Below, one piece after another: positions 17,509 to 25,510 of a stretch of 29,209 nucleotides of DNA (within the stretch, counting starts at the first letter, position 1; each line of letters opens with the position of its first letter). A program made the translations under genes and the position numbers. The DNA lies in IMG/VR virus record IMGVR_UViG_3300048113_000768, positions 1 through 29,209 of that record. One strand, given 5' to 3'. The notes beneath the pieces are model-generated. The model worked only from the letters and a program-made list of their open reading frames with translations, searched no databases and was not told the origin of the DNA. This stretch comes from a virus (lineage: Duplodnaviria; Caudoviricetes).

Positions 17509-17776
17509 AAAGTTTTCTTATATCAAAACCTTCGTTTAAAGTATGTGTATTATTTTGCTCAATAGTTTGCGTAGGCTTGCCAAGGTAATACTCTAATAAG
17601 ATCTTAGAGGCATTAACATCTTTATCCTTAACAGATTTATTAAACAGCATCTTTATAACAGCGCTTAGATCATCAAAGGTTAACGCATTTTTAAGTACTT
17701 CTTTGTACTCATTTTTGCGCTTATCAAATCCTTTTGCCTTAGTACTGTGACCACCATTTTCAGCTCTACTTGCCAT
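17486..17776 (-). CDS. terS: Putative terminase small subunit
   Basis: 96-aa helical ORF overlapping the terL start; D..A.K.LLEYYLGKP.Q.IE motif. Confidence 0.6.
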   Translation of the reverse strand: MASRAENGGHSTKAKGFDKRKNEYKEVLKNALTFDDLSAVIKMLFNKSVKDKDVNASKILLEYYLGKPTQTIEQNNTHTLNEGFDIRKLYDKEAQE

Positions 17777-17804
17777 ATTAATACAATTTAACTATTAAAT
17801 ACAC

Positions 17805-17840
17805 CTTTATATAAAAACGAATTAAGTCAATTATTGTTAT
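17805..17840 (-). promoter_or_regulatory. Putative phage late promoter, copy 4 (ATAACAATAA-N10-TCGTTTTTATATA)
   Basis: Same boxes and spacing; ~30 nt upstream of the terS ATG. Confidence 0.7.
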
Positions 17841-17989
17841 ACTATATGCTGGTCTAAAGTTAATGTAGCTATAAACAGGTATACATTTATTGTATTGTAT
17901 CTATATTCTTTGTCGCTCGCGATATACTCCCAGCCAACTAAAAAGCGATCATGTGGGAAATGAAACGCTATTTTTAAAACCCAATCCAT
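17837..17989 (-). CDS. Small hypothetical protein, 50 aa (not in ORF track)
   Basis: MDWVLKIAFHFPHDRFLVGWEYIASDKEYRYNTINVYLFIATLTLDQHIV*; starts 3 nt after the upstream stop. Confidence 0.65.
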   Translation of the reverse strand: MDWVLKIAFHFPHDRFLVGWEYIASDKEYRYNTINVYLFIATLTLDQHIV

Positions 17990-17992
17990 ATC

Positions 17993-18430
17993 TTATTTAT
18001 TATAGTCATTATAAACCTCATCCAAATGTGTAGTAATTTTTAACAGCTTCTTAGCCGTTCCTTGGCACGTTCTACAGAAATCTATAGGATTGTATCGGAT
18101 AGCAAAGATATACTGGTACATCGCAAGTAACAGCGTTATATCGGCGTCTTTCCATATATTCAAAGTTCTGCCTTCAATATACTCACCATATTTTTTGTAT
18201 TGATCCGGCGTCATGCACCTAACAGCTTTTACATTTCTAGGGAACATTTCATTTAGTTTGTCTCTCCTTCCGTCACAGCCACAGTCATCGGTTACAGCTT
18301 CAACAATCTTCTTTATACCGGTTTTTTCTAAAACCTTTTCGACTGTATCGCCCAGACCTCTGGATTGCTTGTACTCTTTGTACTCCTTTGTTCTTTTATC
18401 CAGTGATTCGTAATACTCCTTATTTTTCAT
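17993..18430 (-). CDS. Hypothetical Cys-rich (probable Zn-binding) protein, 145 aa
   Basis: GLGDTVEK...TGIK...DCGCD.RRDKLN and C..C (CRTC) motifs; overlaps the sigma-like gene. Confidence 0.75.
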   Translation of the reverse strand: MKNKEYYESLDKRTKEYKEYKQSRGLGDTVEKVLEKTGIKKIVEAVTDDCGCDGRRDKLNEMFPRNVKAVRCMTPDQYKKYGEYIEGRTLNIWKDADITLLLAMYQYIFAIRYNPIDFCRTCQGTAKKLLKITTHLDEVYNDYNK

Positions 18431-18905
18431 TTTTTTTGTATTTTAAATTAGAATTTTTATATTTTTCAGTGTAATTTTCACCTAAAATTTCTTTTACAGC
18501 CTTGTGTATTTCCCTGTGAACAAAACCATAATTCATATTGTATTTTTCACCGATAGATCTATTTGAATTATCGTAGGATTCTTTTAAAAGTTCGACTTGA
18601 TACCATTTAAGATCATTGGCCTTGTCAAGTACTTCCTGTTGCCGATCATCTGGCTGGAAATTACTTTCATTACTTTGTAAATAATGCAATGAATCTAAAG
18701 AGCAAAGCTTTTTACCCTTGAAGGTATCGAGATATAAATTTTTTAATGTAACCGCAACAAAATAAACATTGAATTTTTTATAATTCATTAGCTTTAAGTA
18801 CATTTGCTGTGTTAAATCATCGGCTAAATCCCTGTCACCTTTGGTAATATTTAAGGCAATTTCACGCCATTTTTTGTCGTGATCGCTTAACTCTTTTAGT
18901 ATCAT
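18420..18905 (-). CDS. Sigma-70/ECF-like phage transcription factor
   Basis: Region-2-like W..IA..IT....DLADDLTQQMYLKL and LKNLYLD; region-4-like HTH at the C-terminus (L.WYQ.ELL...Y..S.R.IG......YG.V...I). Confidence 0.65.
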   Translation of the reverse strand: MILKELSDHDKKWREIALNITKGDRDLADDLTQQMYLKLMNYKKFNVYFVAVTLKNLYLDTFKGKKLCSLDSLHYLQSNESNFQPDDRQQEVLDKANDLKWYQVELLKESYDNSNRSIGEKYNMNYGFVHREIHKAVKEILGENYTEKYKNSNLKYKKNEK

Positions 18906-18910
18906 TTTTT

Positions 18911-19042
18911 CTAAATGCTGTTATCAATCACTTCTATAATATGCCTAAGATCACTTTTTTCAAACTCTCCCAGACTAACATTATTTATAACTAATAAATA
19001 ATAATCTTTTCTAACTTCAATGCACCTTGTATTTTCTATCAT
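18911..19042 (-). CDS. Small hypothetical protein, 43 aa (not in ORF track)
   Basis: MIENTRCIEVRKDYYLLVINNVSLGEFEKSDLRHIIEVIDNSI*; tight packing. Confidence 0.6.
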   Translation of the reverse strand: MIENTRCIEVRKDYYLLVINNVSLGEFEKSDLRHIIEVIDNSI

Positions 19043-19044
19043 AA

Positions 19045-19206
19045 TTATTTGATATTTTGAGTATAAAAATTTCTTGCCTGTATTTCTGCGTAGGTTATTA
19101 TCTGCCTATCCGATCCAGAAGTTTGTCTTGTAGGCAAAGTGATACCTTTGTACTCTTTTTCATTGTTTAAAATTGCCTCCTTAATCATTCGTATTATAGT
19201 TTCCAT
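19045..19206 (-). CDS. Small hypothetical protein, 53 aa (not in ORF track)
   Basis: METIIRMIKEAILNNEKEYKGITLPTRQTSGSDRQIITYAEIQARNFYTQNIK*; A-rich leader upstream. Confidence 0.6.
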   Translation of the reverse strand: METIIRMIKEAILNNEKEYKGITLPTRQTSGSDRQIITYAEIQARNFYTQNIK

Positions 19207-19272
19207 GTTTTGTTTTTGTTTTATATAATTAATATATTCGTAATATACAAATAAATATTGGATAAAAAAAAT

Positions 19273-19767
19273 TTATCTTTCAACAGTGCTTTTTTCCATT
19301 AGTAAAAATGATCTTAATTGGTGATTTTTAAAGTACTCTATCCTGTGGGGCTTTACTCCAATAAAGAGCCGATCAATATCACCAACATTTTCAAGCTCCT
19401 GTTGCATCTCTTTATTTCTGGCCAGTAACTTCTCGTATCTTTCATTTAGGCTTGCAATCATTTCGTCTTTAACTACTGTAGCGTTAATCTTATCGGTATT
19501 GTTTACTATTTCAATTTCAATTTGTTCTTTACAGTCTCTAAAAAAAGAGTAGTATTTGTGATACATATCAAATTTAGACAGGCTGTGTATAACAGTACTG
19601 TGATCTTTTTGTGATACCTTACCGATTGCAATTAGTGATTCTTTTGTTAGTTTTCTAGCAAAGTAATAATATAGGCATCGGGCCATTACGTGGTTTAAGT
19701 CTCTTTTTTTTTCTGTTATATCTAATTTTGTTACATCTTCAACTATTTCCTTTATATCTTTGAGCAT
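19273..19767 (-). CDS. DnaA C-terminal (domain IV)-like HTH protein with coiled coil
   Basis: K.R....V.AR..YY..R..T..SL..IG.....DHSTVIHS matches the DnaA domain IV signature; no AAA+ domain. Confidence 0.8.
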   Translation of the reverse strand: MLKDIKEIVEDVTKLDITEKKRDLNHVMARCLYYYFARKLTKESLIAIGKVSQKDHSTVIHSLSKFDMYHKYYSFFRDCKEQIEIEIVNNTDKINATVVKDEMIASLNERYEKLLARNKEMQQELENVGDIDRLFIGVKPHRIEYFKNHQLRSFLLMEKSTVER

Positions 19768-20006
19768 AGTAATATCGTCTGGTTATGGTTTAATTTTTCA
19801 GTTATCTTGTCGTTAAAATCTTGGTGAAAGGTAAAAAATGATCCGTTATCGTATCTAAAAACATAGTACCAATTAAATTTTTGTACCTTGTTAATCCACT
19901 TACTTTTAGATCCTTTCATTATAGAGTATAATTTAAACATATCGCCCTTTGGGCTTTTTTGCCACTCTAAATTTATCTCTATTTTGTTTTTACCAGCCTG
20001 TATCAT
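19752..20006 (-). CDS. Hypothetical protein, 84 aa
   Basis: ORF track; packed in operon. Confidence 0.6.
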   Translation of the reverse strand: MIQAGKNKIEINLEWQKSPKGDMFKLYSIMKGSKSKWINKVQKFNWYYVFRYDNGSFFTFHQDFNDKITEKLNHNQTILLCSKI

Positions 20007-20008
20007 AT

Positions 20009-20167
20009 CTATTTTATTTCCCTGCCTATTTGATTAATTATCTCACCAAAAGCCGATTCTTTTTTCCATCTTCTGGCTTGCTGTAAGTCAAAAGTATGTT
20101 TTTTTTCAATTACTTCACCTTCTTTTTTGTCGTAAATATTTATTGTGTAAAATTGTTCTTTTATCAT
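20009..20167 (-). CDS. Small hypothetical protein, 52 aa (not in ORF track)
   Basis: MIKEQFYTINIYDKKEGEVIEKKHTFDLQQARRWKKESAFGEIINQIGREIK*; fills the gap exactly. Confidence 0.6.
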   Translation of the reverse strand: MIKEQFYTINIYDKKEGEVIEKKHTFDLQQARRWKKESAFGEIINQIGREIK

Positions 20168-20170
20168 ATC

Positions 20171-20371
20171 TTAAAATAATTGGTTATATACACAATCGTG
20201 TAAAAAGCTGGAATCCTCGTTTAATTCGTCAATTTGGGCCTCGCTCATCGGCTGGCCATCATAATCTGCCGAGACTATAAAAGCATCGCAAAAGTCTGGG
20301 TAATCTTTTGTATCAATTCCATCAACTTCGATGTTATCAATAAGATCGTAATTTAAAATTTCTGTTTTCAT
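20171..20371 (-). CDS. Small acidic protein, 66 aa (start moved to MKTEIL)
   Basis: ATG at 20371 overlaps the VRR-NUC TGA (ATGA); IDTKDYPDFCDAFI motif; 17 D/E versus 2 K. Confidence 0.75.
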   Translation of the reverse strand: MKTEILNYDLIDNIEVDGIDTKDYPDFCDAFIVSADYDGQPMSEAQIDELNEDSSFLHDCVYNQLF

Positions 20372-20616
20372 GGGTATATTTTTCCTTTGTTTTTTTTGAG
20401 GCAATATGCTTCAAATCCTATTTTTATTAATTCGTCAATTCGTTTCTTTTGTAATGGCTTCAATGTATCTGTAGGTTCTTTTATTTCTATCCAGACTGTT
20501 TTACCATCTTTTAAACACATCAAATCTGGAAATCCAGACTTATTTAATCGGATAGTTTTTATTACTAAAAACCCTTTACTTTCGTACTCCTTAATTATTT
20601 TTTGCTGGTAGCTCAT
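20368..20616 (-). CDS. VRR-NUC (PD-(D/E)xK) nuclease
   Basis: Q..II.......G..V.K......GFPDL........WIEIK.....L.PLQ........G; adjacent to SF2 helicase. Confidence 0.85.
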   Translation of the reverse strand: MSYQQKIIKEYESKGFLVIKTIRLNKSGFPDLMCLKDGKTVWIEIKEPTDTLKPLQKKRIDELIKIGFEAYCLKKNKGKIYP

Positions 20617-21845
20617 TATGTTGATAAATATACGAAATCTTTTTTAAATACGTTCAATGTATACGACTTTTTTTGCAATACTTTAGTATAAATTTTTTCC
20701 TCAATACCATTTTCAGCAAATACCCAGAAAATATCATTTGATTTTCTTTGCATCGTAGTTAACCGATCTCTAGATTGCCAGTAATTTTTGCTGCTAAAAT
20801 CAATGTTAAAATATACCAGATAATCTGCCTCTTTTAAACTTATACCTTCGCTACCCGATACAATTTGAAGCGCTATGTTTTTTCCTGTCTCGTTAAACTC
20901 TTTTAGATCATTTGTAAGGTGATCACCAAATACAGATTTTAAGCAATCGTACTCAGCTTTGAATTTATAAAACAAACCTATCTTTTTTCCTTTAAAATAG
21001 TTCTTTATATAATCTGCCTTTGAAGTATCAAAGATTCTACTTTTACCATCTTCAAAAATTACAGTACCGCTGTATATCTGGTGTAACTTTTGCATTTCTT
21101 TTACTGCTGTATCGGCTATAATCTCGCTACCATCATTGGCCACAATAAATTTATCTCTTTGCAGCTTCTGGGCCAACTGGTATGTTAATGGTTTCATTTT
21201 AACCTTTAAAACATTTTCGTTAACCTGTGTATCAAAGCCAGCTTGTTTTTGTGTAAAAGAGATCATATAGGGCTTTATGATCGGATTAATCAAATCCATT
21301 TTAGCATCTGTATAATCTTTTACTACAGCATACCCAAGGTGCCGATCCTTAACCTCAACATATTCTTTGGCCCACTTGTAGAAGGTTTTTTCTTTAAATG
21401 GTGAAAACTTACTACACCAAAACTGGTGAAATATCTGGCTGTAGCTCTCTGGATGCGGCGTGCCACTTAAAAAGATCATTGGTAAATCGCTGTAGTTGTC
21501 TTTTATAAACTTAGTCATTTTATTAGCCTTTGGAAATGCGCCGTTCCTGTGATGTTCGTCTGAAATGAGTAAGTCATATTTACCGATAAACTTGTGCGCA
21601 GATTCATTATTTATGGCCTTCAAATCAAAACTAAAACCAAAGCTTTTATAGTCATCTTCAATAGATTTTATAGCTCTTTTTTTAGTCAAGAACAAAACAT
21701 TTTTGGCGCCGTAAAGTTCTGCTGTATTTAATGCTGTTAGAGTTTTGCCGGTCCTCACTTCCATTGAAAGGTATACAATCTTTTTACCTTGCAATATCTC
21801 GCTTGCCTGTTTTGATATATCTTTTTGATATTGCCTTAATTCCAT
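20616..21845 (-). CDS. SF2 (SNF2-like) DNA helicase
   Basis: Q-motif LRQYQ, Walker A MEVRTGKT, DEHH, motif III SGTP, motif V GSEGISL, motif VI QSRDR. Confidence 0.9.
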   Translation of the reverse strand: MELRQYQKDISKQASEILQGKKIVYLSMEVRTGKTLTALNTAELYGAKNVLFLTKKRAIKSIEDDYKSFGFSFDLKAINNESAHKFIGKYDLLISDEHHRNGAFPKANKMTKFIKDNYSDLPMIFLSGTPHPESYSQIFHQFWCSKFSPFKEKTFYKWAKEYVEVKDRHLGYAVVKDYTDAKMDLINPIIKPYMISFTQKQAGFDTQVNENVLKVKMKPLTYQLAQKLQRDKFIVANDGSEIIADTAVKEMQKLHQIYSGTVIFEDGKSRIFDTSKADYIKNYFKGKKIGLFYKFKAEYDCLKSVFGDHLTNDLKEFNETGKNIALQIVSGSEGISLKEADYLVYFNIDFSSKNYWQSRDRLTTMQRKSNDIFWVFAENGIEEKIYTKVLQKKSYTLNVFKKDFVYLST

Positions 21846-21854
21846 CGGTTAATT

Positions 21855-24236
21855 TTAAAAGTTTAAACTATCTTCTTTGTCTTGGCTGTTTGTGGCCTCA
21901 CAATCAAACTGGCACCATCTACCATTATGATCTTTATCTTCTGTATACTTATAGTCATAAAACTTTGAAAACTCTTCTAAGTAGTTTCTAAACTTCTTTT
22001 GGCTTAATTTGTATTTGCCATTGCCGTAATCCGGATAGTCTATAATAAAATTGTTATAAAGATCACCTTTATAAAGTCTGGTATTTTTTTCTAAGTTGTC
22101 ACCATCTTTGGACCACTCGTAAAATTCCATGTTTGTTGTCTTTATGAATTTTCTTGTCTCCAGATTGTTAAAGTCATGCGAAACTAAACCAGTACTTAAA
22201 TAACCCTGTAGACAGTTAATCATAAAGTTATCAAATTTAACCCAGTCATCGGATCCCCAGTCATCAAATAACATGTGGCCAAACTCATCTTCTGGCGTAT
22301 ACTTTGAGTTAAAATAATCACTCATTTCAACTTCAAATTTTCGTCTATCAAATGAACCACCAACGCCGCCGATAGTATAGTTAGTTGTGATCAAAATTTT
22401 AGGGCTTTTTTCTACAGGTATTTTTATTGCATCTTGGCCTTTATACTCCAGCGTTATACCTTCTGTAATTACAGAAAATAAAGATTCAAAACTAAAGTTT
22501 TTCTTTACGTCATCAAAAACTAAAACTTGGCTATCTGTAGATACTGTCTGGTATGGAAATGATTTGTTAAACTCAAAAGTTTTTCCATCTATCATTGAGA
22601 CTTTTTTCATTTTTGAAAGAGCGTTCCAAAGTAACCCCTTACCCGATCCACCATTAGGATTGTCGCTTATGGTTTCGTCGTTTAAAATAATTGCTTTGTT
22701 CTTTGAAGATGTTTTGTAACTGTGTAAAAGATAGCCAACAACAGACTTGAAAGAGTTGTATTTGTTTTGATCCCTTCCAGATATAAGCCAAAGAAAAGTT
22801 CTAAATTCTGAATCGTGGTGATCGGATCTCACGAAATCTCTATCAATAATTTGATTTTTCCATACAAAACCATCCAGACTTAAATAATCAATTTCTTGTA
22901 CGTCATCCTTTGTAATCTTTACAGCGCAATTTTTGTAGTACAAAAAACACTCATCCTTTGTATCTTCTTTTATATCTACATTTTCACTCTTTAACATTGA
23001 AAGATAATTTATGTTAAAGTAGTTTGGATTGCCGGCCATAAAATCGTAAGGTTTAAAGCCGATCTTTTCCTTATTCAAAAGCTCTTCAAGTACGTAATCT
23101 TTTATTCTTTTTTCGTTTGTCTCTTCAATAAGGTTTTGTTCTTTTTTTATAAAAGTAAAGGTACCGCTATCGGTAGGAAAAAACTTTAGGAAATTATTTT
23201 GCTCTAGCCAGAATTTATATTTATGTGGTGAAAGTCTGATCTTGTTTTTGTCATCGTAATACCAAAACTCGCTCACCTGTAGATCTTCTTTTATATCTTC
23301 TACAACACTGTCAATATTTTTAAGATTAATTTCTTTTTTTATTATAGATAGTTTTTTACCAGATCTTATTTTCTTTTCTATCTCATCTCTAAGCTTATTA
23401 TCTTCAAAGGCCTTTGTATTAAAATTCTCTGGGTTTCTATCGTATGCAGATTTTACCAGTCTTGAAATCTCGTTTTGTGTAAAGTCAGATTCTACATATT
23501 GAAATAAATGATTTTCTGTAGTTGACTGGCTTATACCAAAATCGTGTAAAGCACTGGCAAACATAAACAGATTTGTATTTCTATTTCCTTTGCTTGCACC
23601 ATGTTTTTTATCAAACCATATTTGTAGCCTTTTTATAATCTCGTGATCAGAATCTAGCCTTACAATTATATCGCTTGAATAACCGCCGATATCTGCGGCA
23701 TCTTTTTCCTCTTTAGTTTCCCATACTACAGAATCCTTGTTTATATAAATATCTGGATCATAAGATTCAAAGCAAAACCTTGAAACGTCTTTGCCGCTTT
23801 TGTCTAAATGCTCATTGTCAAAGTATTTGAATATTGCGTTATAGTACAACTCGTGATCGGCTGCGACTGGCGGTATCTTAATTAAGACTTTTAAGCCATT
23901 ACCAGAAGGGCTAATAAATGCAGAAAAAACAAAATCAAGATCACAAATAGAATCCTTAAATTCTAAGGCCTCTTTAACCGATTCAAACTTATCAAAATCT
24001 AAAATAATTAAACCACTATGTTTTTTTAAGCCAGCCTTTGATCTGTTAGAAAATGTACCACTAAAACAATAACCAGTCAATGAAGATTTTATTGAGCTGT
24101 CTCCAGTACTCCTGTATGCCTCTATTTTATCCTTAGAAGCCCCTAGCTTGATTCTTTCCAAGCATTTGAATATATCTCTATTGTATGGGTTATTACTGTC
24201 TGTAACCTTCTTAAACGCGCTAACTTCTATATTCAT
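21855..24236 (-). CDS. Primase-helicase-type replication protein (BT4734/VirE-N primase-like domain, PriCT, P-loop NTPase)
   Basis: FSGTF..R......HSGLIILDFD and FISPSGNGLK; PriCT-like GNRN..LF..A..L...G; Walker A GGSGKG, Walker B LVFDDV, motif C ITTN. Confidence 0.85.
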   Translation of the reverse strand: MNIEVSAFKKVTDSNNPYNRDIFKCLERIKLGASKDKIEAYRSTGDSSIKSSLTGYCFSGTFSNRSKAGLKKHSGLIILDFDKFESVKEALEFKDSICDLDFVFSAFISPSGNGLKVLIKIPPVAADHELYYNAIFKYFDNEHLDKSGKDVSRFCFESYDPDIYINKDSVVWETKEEKDAADIGGYSSDIIVRLDSDHEIIKRLQIWFDKKHGASKGNRNTNLFMFASALHDFGISQSTTENHLFQYVESDFTQNEISRLVKSAYDRNPENFNTKAFEDNKLRDEIEKKIRSGKKLSIIKKEINLKNIDSVVEDIKEDLQVSEFWYYDDKNKIRLSPHKYKFWLEQNNFLKFFPTDSGTFTFIKKEQNLIEETNEKRIKDYVLEELLNKEKIGFKPYDFMAGNPNYFNINYLSMLKSENVDIKEDTKDECFLYYKNCAVKITKDDVQEIDYLSLDGFVWKNQIIDRDFVRSDHHDSEFRTFLWLISGRDQNKYNSFKSVVGYLLHSYKTSSKNKAIILNDETISDNPNGGSGKGLLWNALSKMKKVSMIDGKTFEFNKSFPYQTVSTDSQVLVFDDVKKNFSFESLFSVITEGITLEYKGQDAIKIPVEKSPKILITTNYTIGGVGGSFDRRKFEVEMSDYFNSKYTPEDEFGHMLFDDWGSDDWVKFDNFMINCLQGYLSTGLVSHDFNNLETRKFIKTTNMEFYEWSKDGDNLEKNTRLYKGDLYNNFIIDYPDYGNGKYKLSQKKFRNYLEEFSKFYDYKYTEDKDHNGRWCQFDCEATNSQDKEDSLNF

Positions 24237-24250
24237 ATATCTTTGGAATT

Positions 24251-24325
24251 AAAAACCCACAAATCAAAAGGTAGTGGGCTTTATCATTGTGGGAATTTAT
24301 AAAAAATCTTAAACAGCCACTACTC
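24251..24325 (-). promoter_or_regulatory. Structured 5' leader of the primase gene (hairpin + U-run; loop complementary to an upstream segment)
   Basis: Minus strand: GTAGTGG ... CCCACAA tgat AAAG [CCCACTAC] CTTT tgat TTGTGGG TTTTT. Confidence 0.55.
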
Positions 24326-24333
24326 TGCTGCTG

Positions 24334-24363
24334 CAAAGATAGAAAAAATATCAATATAGGCAA
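24334..24363 (-). promoter_or_regulatory. Bacteroidota-type housekeeping promoter for the primase operon
   Basis: TTG (24363-24361) - 19 nt - TATCTTTG (24341-24334) matches the Flavobacterium/Bacteroides -33/-7 consensus TTG-N19-TAnnTTTG. Confidence 0.75.
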
Positions 24364-24385
24364 CAAAAATAGATTTTAATTTTAT

Positions 24386-24417
24386 TTCGTGACGCTTCGT
24401 GACGCTTCGTGACGCTT
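24386..24417 (+). repeat. 3x tandem 10-bp repeat TTCGTGACGC (iteron-like; putative origin region)
   Basis: Exact copies at 24386, 24396, 24406; related GTGCCGC at 24429 and 24475 and GTGCCAC at 24577. Confidence 0.85.
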
Positions 24418-24583
24418 TATTTTTCAATGTGCCGCGCTCTTAGCACCTGTGTTTATAGGGCCTAAGCCGATTCCGTGCCGCATTGACACATTTTTTTACT
24501 TTTTTGCTCAAAAAAAAAACGCTTTTTTGAAAAACGTGTTTTCCAGTATAAGTATAGGAGACTGTCTATCCGCCATGTGCCAC

Positions 24584-24615
24584 AAAAAAACCCTACTAAA
24601 TTAATAGCAGGGTTT
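24584..24615 (-). terminator. Rho-independent terminator after the DUF3310-like gene
   Basis: Minus strand AAACCCTGCTA-ttaatt-TAGTAGGGTTTTTTT. Confidence 0.75.
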
Positions 24616-24616
24616 C

Positions 24617-24644
24617 AAACAAAAGAAAACAAAAGAAAACAAAA
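24617..24644 (+). repeat. Short tandem repeat AAACAAAAGA x ~2.8
   Basis: aaacaaaagaaaacaaaagaaaacaaaa seen directly. Confidence 0.7.
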
Positions 24645-24646
24645 AT

Positions 24647-24844
24647 TTATTTAATAGATATAATGTGATCAATTTCGCGTTGTATATAATCTTTAGCTTT
24701 TAAAAGATCCTTTAACTCATCGGCTTTTTTGCCAGCCCTACATACATACTTTACAACATTGCCTCTATTAAAATTTAAGCCATAAGACTTGGCAACATCT
24801 ATAACGTCAAAATCGTTACTGGTTTTATAATGTTCTGGTATCAT
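24647..24844 (-). CDS. DUF3310 / SaV-like protein
   Basis: P.HY......VID......LNF..GNVVKYV.RAGKK....DL.KA..YI..EI signature. Confidence 0.85.
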   Translation of the reverse strand: MIPEHYKTSNDFDVIDVAKSYGLNFNRGNVVKYVCRAGKKADELKDLLKAKDYIQREIDHIISIK

Positions 24845-24847
24845 ATA

Positions 24848-25510
24848 TTAAAAGTCTAAATCAGATTCTTGTTCTTGATCAACTTCGACTTCGCTAACAT
24901 CCTTGGCCTTATAGTTTTCAAAATAAGATACAATATCTTTGTACTTATCATTGGCCAGCTCGTTTTGCTTTGCTGTAAAAGCTTTTCCAATTTCAAAAGT
25001 AGGTACTGTGTACTCTGTAGCTCCTTTTTTCTTTTTGTCAAAAGAATTTATTTCAATAAATGAAGATTCACATTTGTTTTCATTTTCGTTCATAAAATCA
25101 GAATATGCAGATACTACAGCTCCCTTGAATTGTAAGTTTATAATCTCACCTGTATCGCTTACAGCATAAACAGATCGGTAATACTTACCGCCGGCATCAC
25201 GAATTTTGCCACGTATTTCAGAATATAAACCTTCTGCAATATCACCGCCTTTAAATGCTTTAACTTTTAAAGTTTCTTTGGATATGAATTTAACTTCATT
25301 AGAATAAATACCACTGGAGCTTGCATCGTTCCAGCCCTTTACATTGTGGAAATGTTCAAGAAATTGTACCTTGATAGGAAGTTGTACTTTCACTTGTTCT
25401 TTAGCCTCTCTATCGTAGTACGCAAAACATTTGTCATTGCTTTTCCACTCTAGGAATTTTGTTGCTGGGTTTGAACTACCTGTTGTCTCGTTTAAAGATC
25501 TTCTACTCAT
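24848..25510 (-). CDS. Putative ssDNA-binding/recombination protein, 220 aa
   Basis: Beta-rich aromatic core and acidic tail ending in Phe (EVEVDQEQESDLDF); replication cluster. Confidence 0.5.
   Translation of the reverse strand: MSRRSLNETTGSSNPATKFLEWKSNDKCFAYYDREAKEQVKVQLPIKVQFLEHFHNVKGWNDASSSGIYSNEVKFISKETLKVKAFKGGDIAEGLYSEIRGKIRDAGGKYYRSVYAVSDTGEIINLQFKGAVVSAYSDFMNENENKCESSFIEINSFDKKKKGATEYTVPTFEIGKAFTAKQNELANDKYKDIVSYFENYKAKDVSEVEVDQEQESDLDF

Noticed and set aside
24386-24417. Mini CRISPR array
   Set aside because: 10-bp direct tandem repeats with no spacers; no cas genes.
24483-24488. TTGACA as an E. coli-type -35 box
   Set aside because: On the plus strand with no matching -10 or downstream gene; better explained as a variant of the GTGACGC repeat.
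24856-25041. 61-aa minus-strand ORF
   Set aside because: Fully nested out of frame in 24848..25510 with a non-ATG start; no supporting signal.
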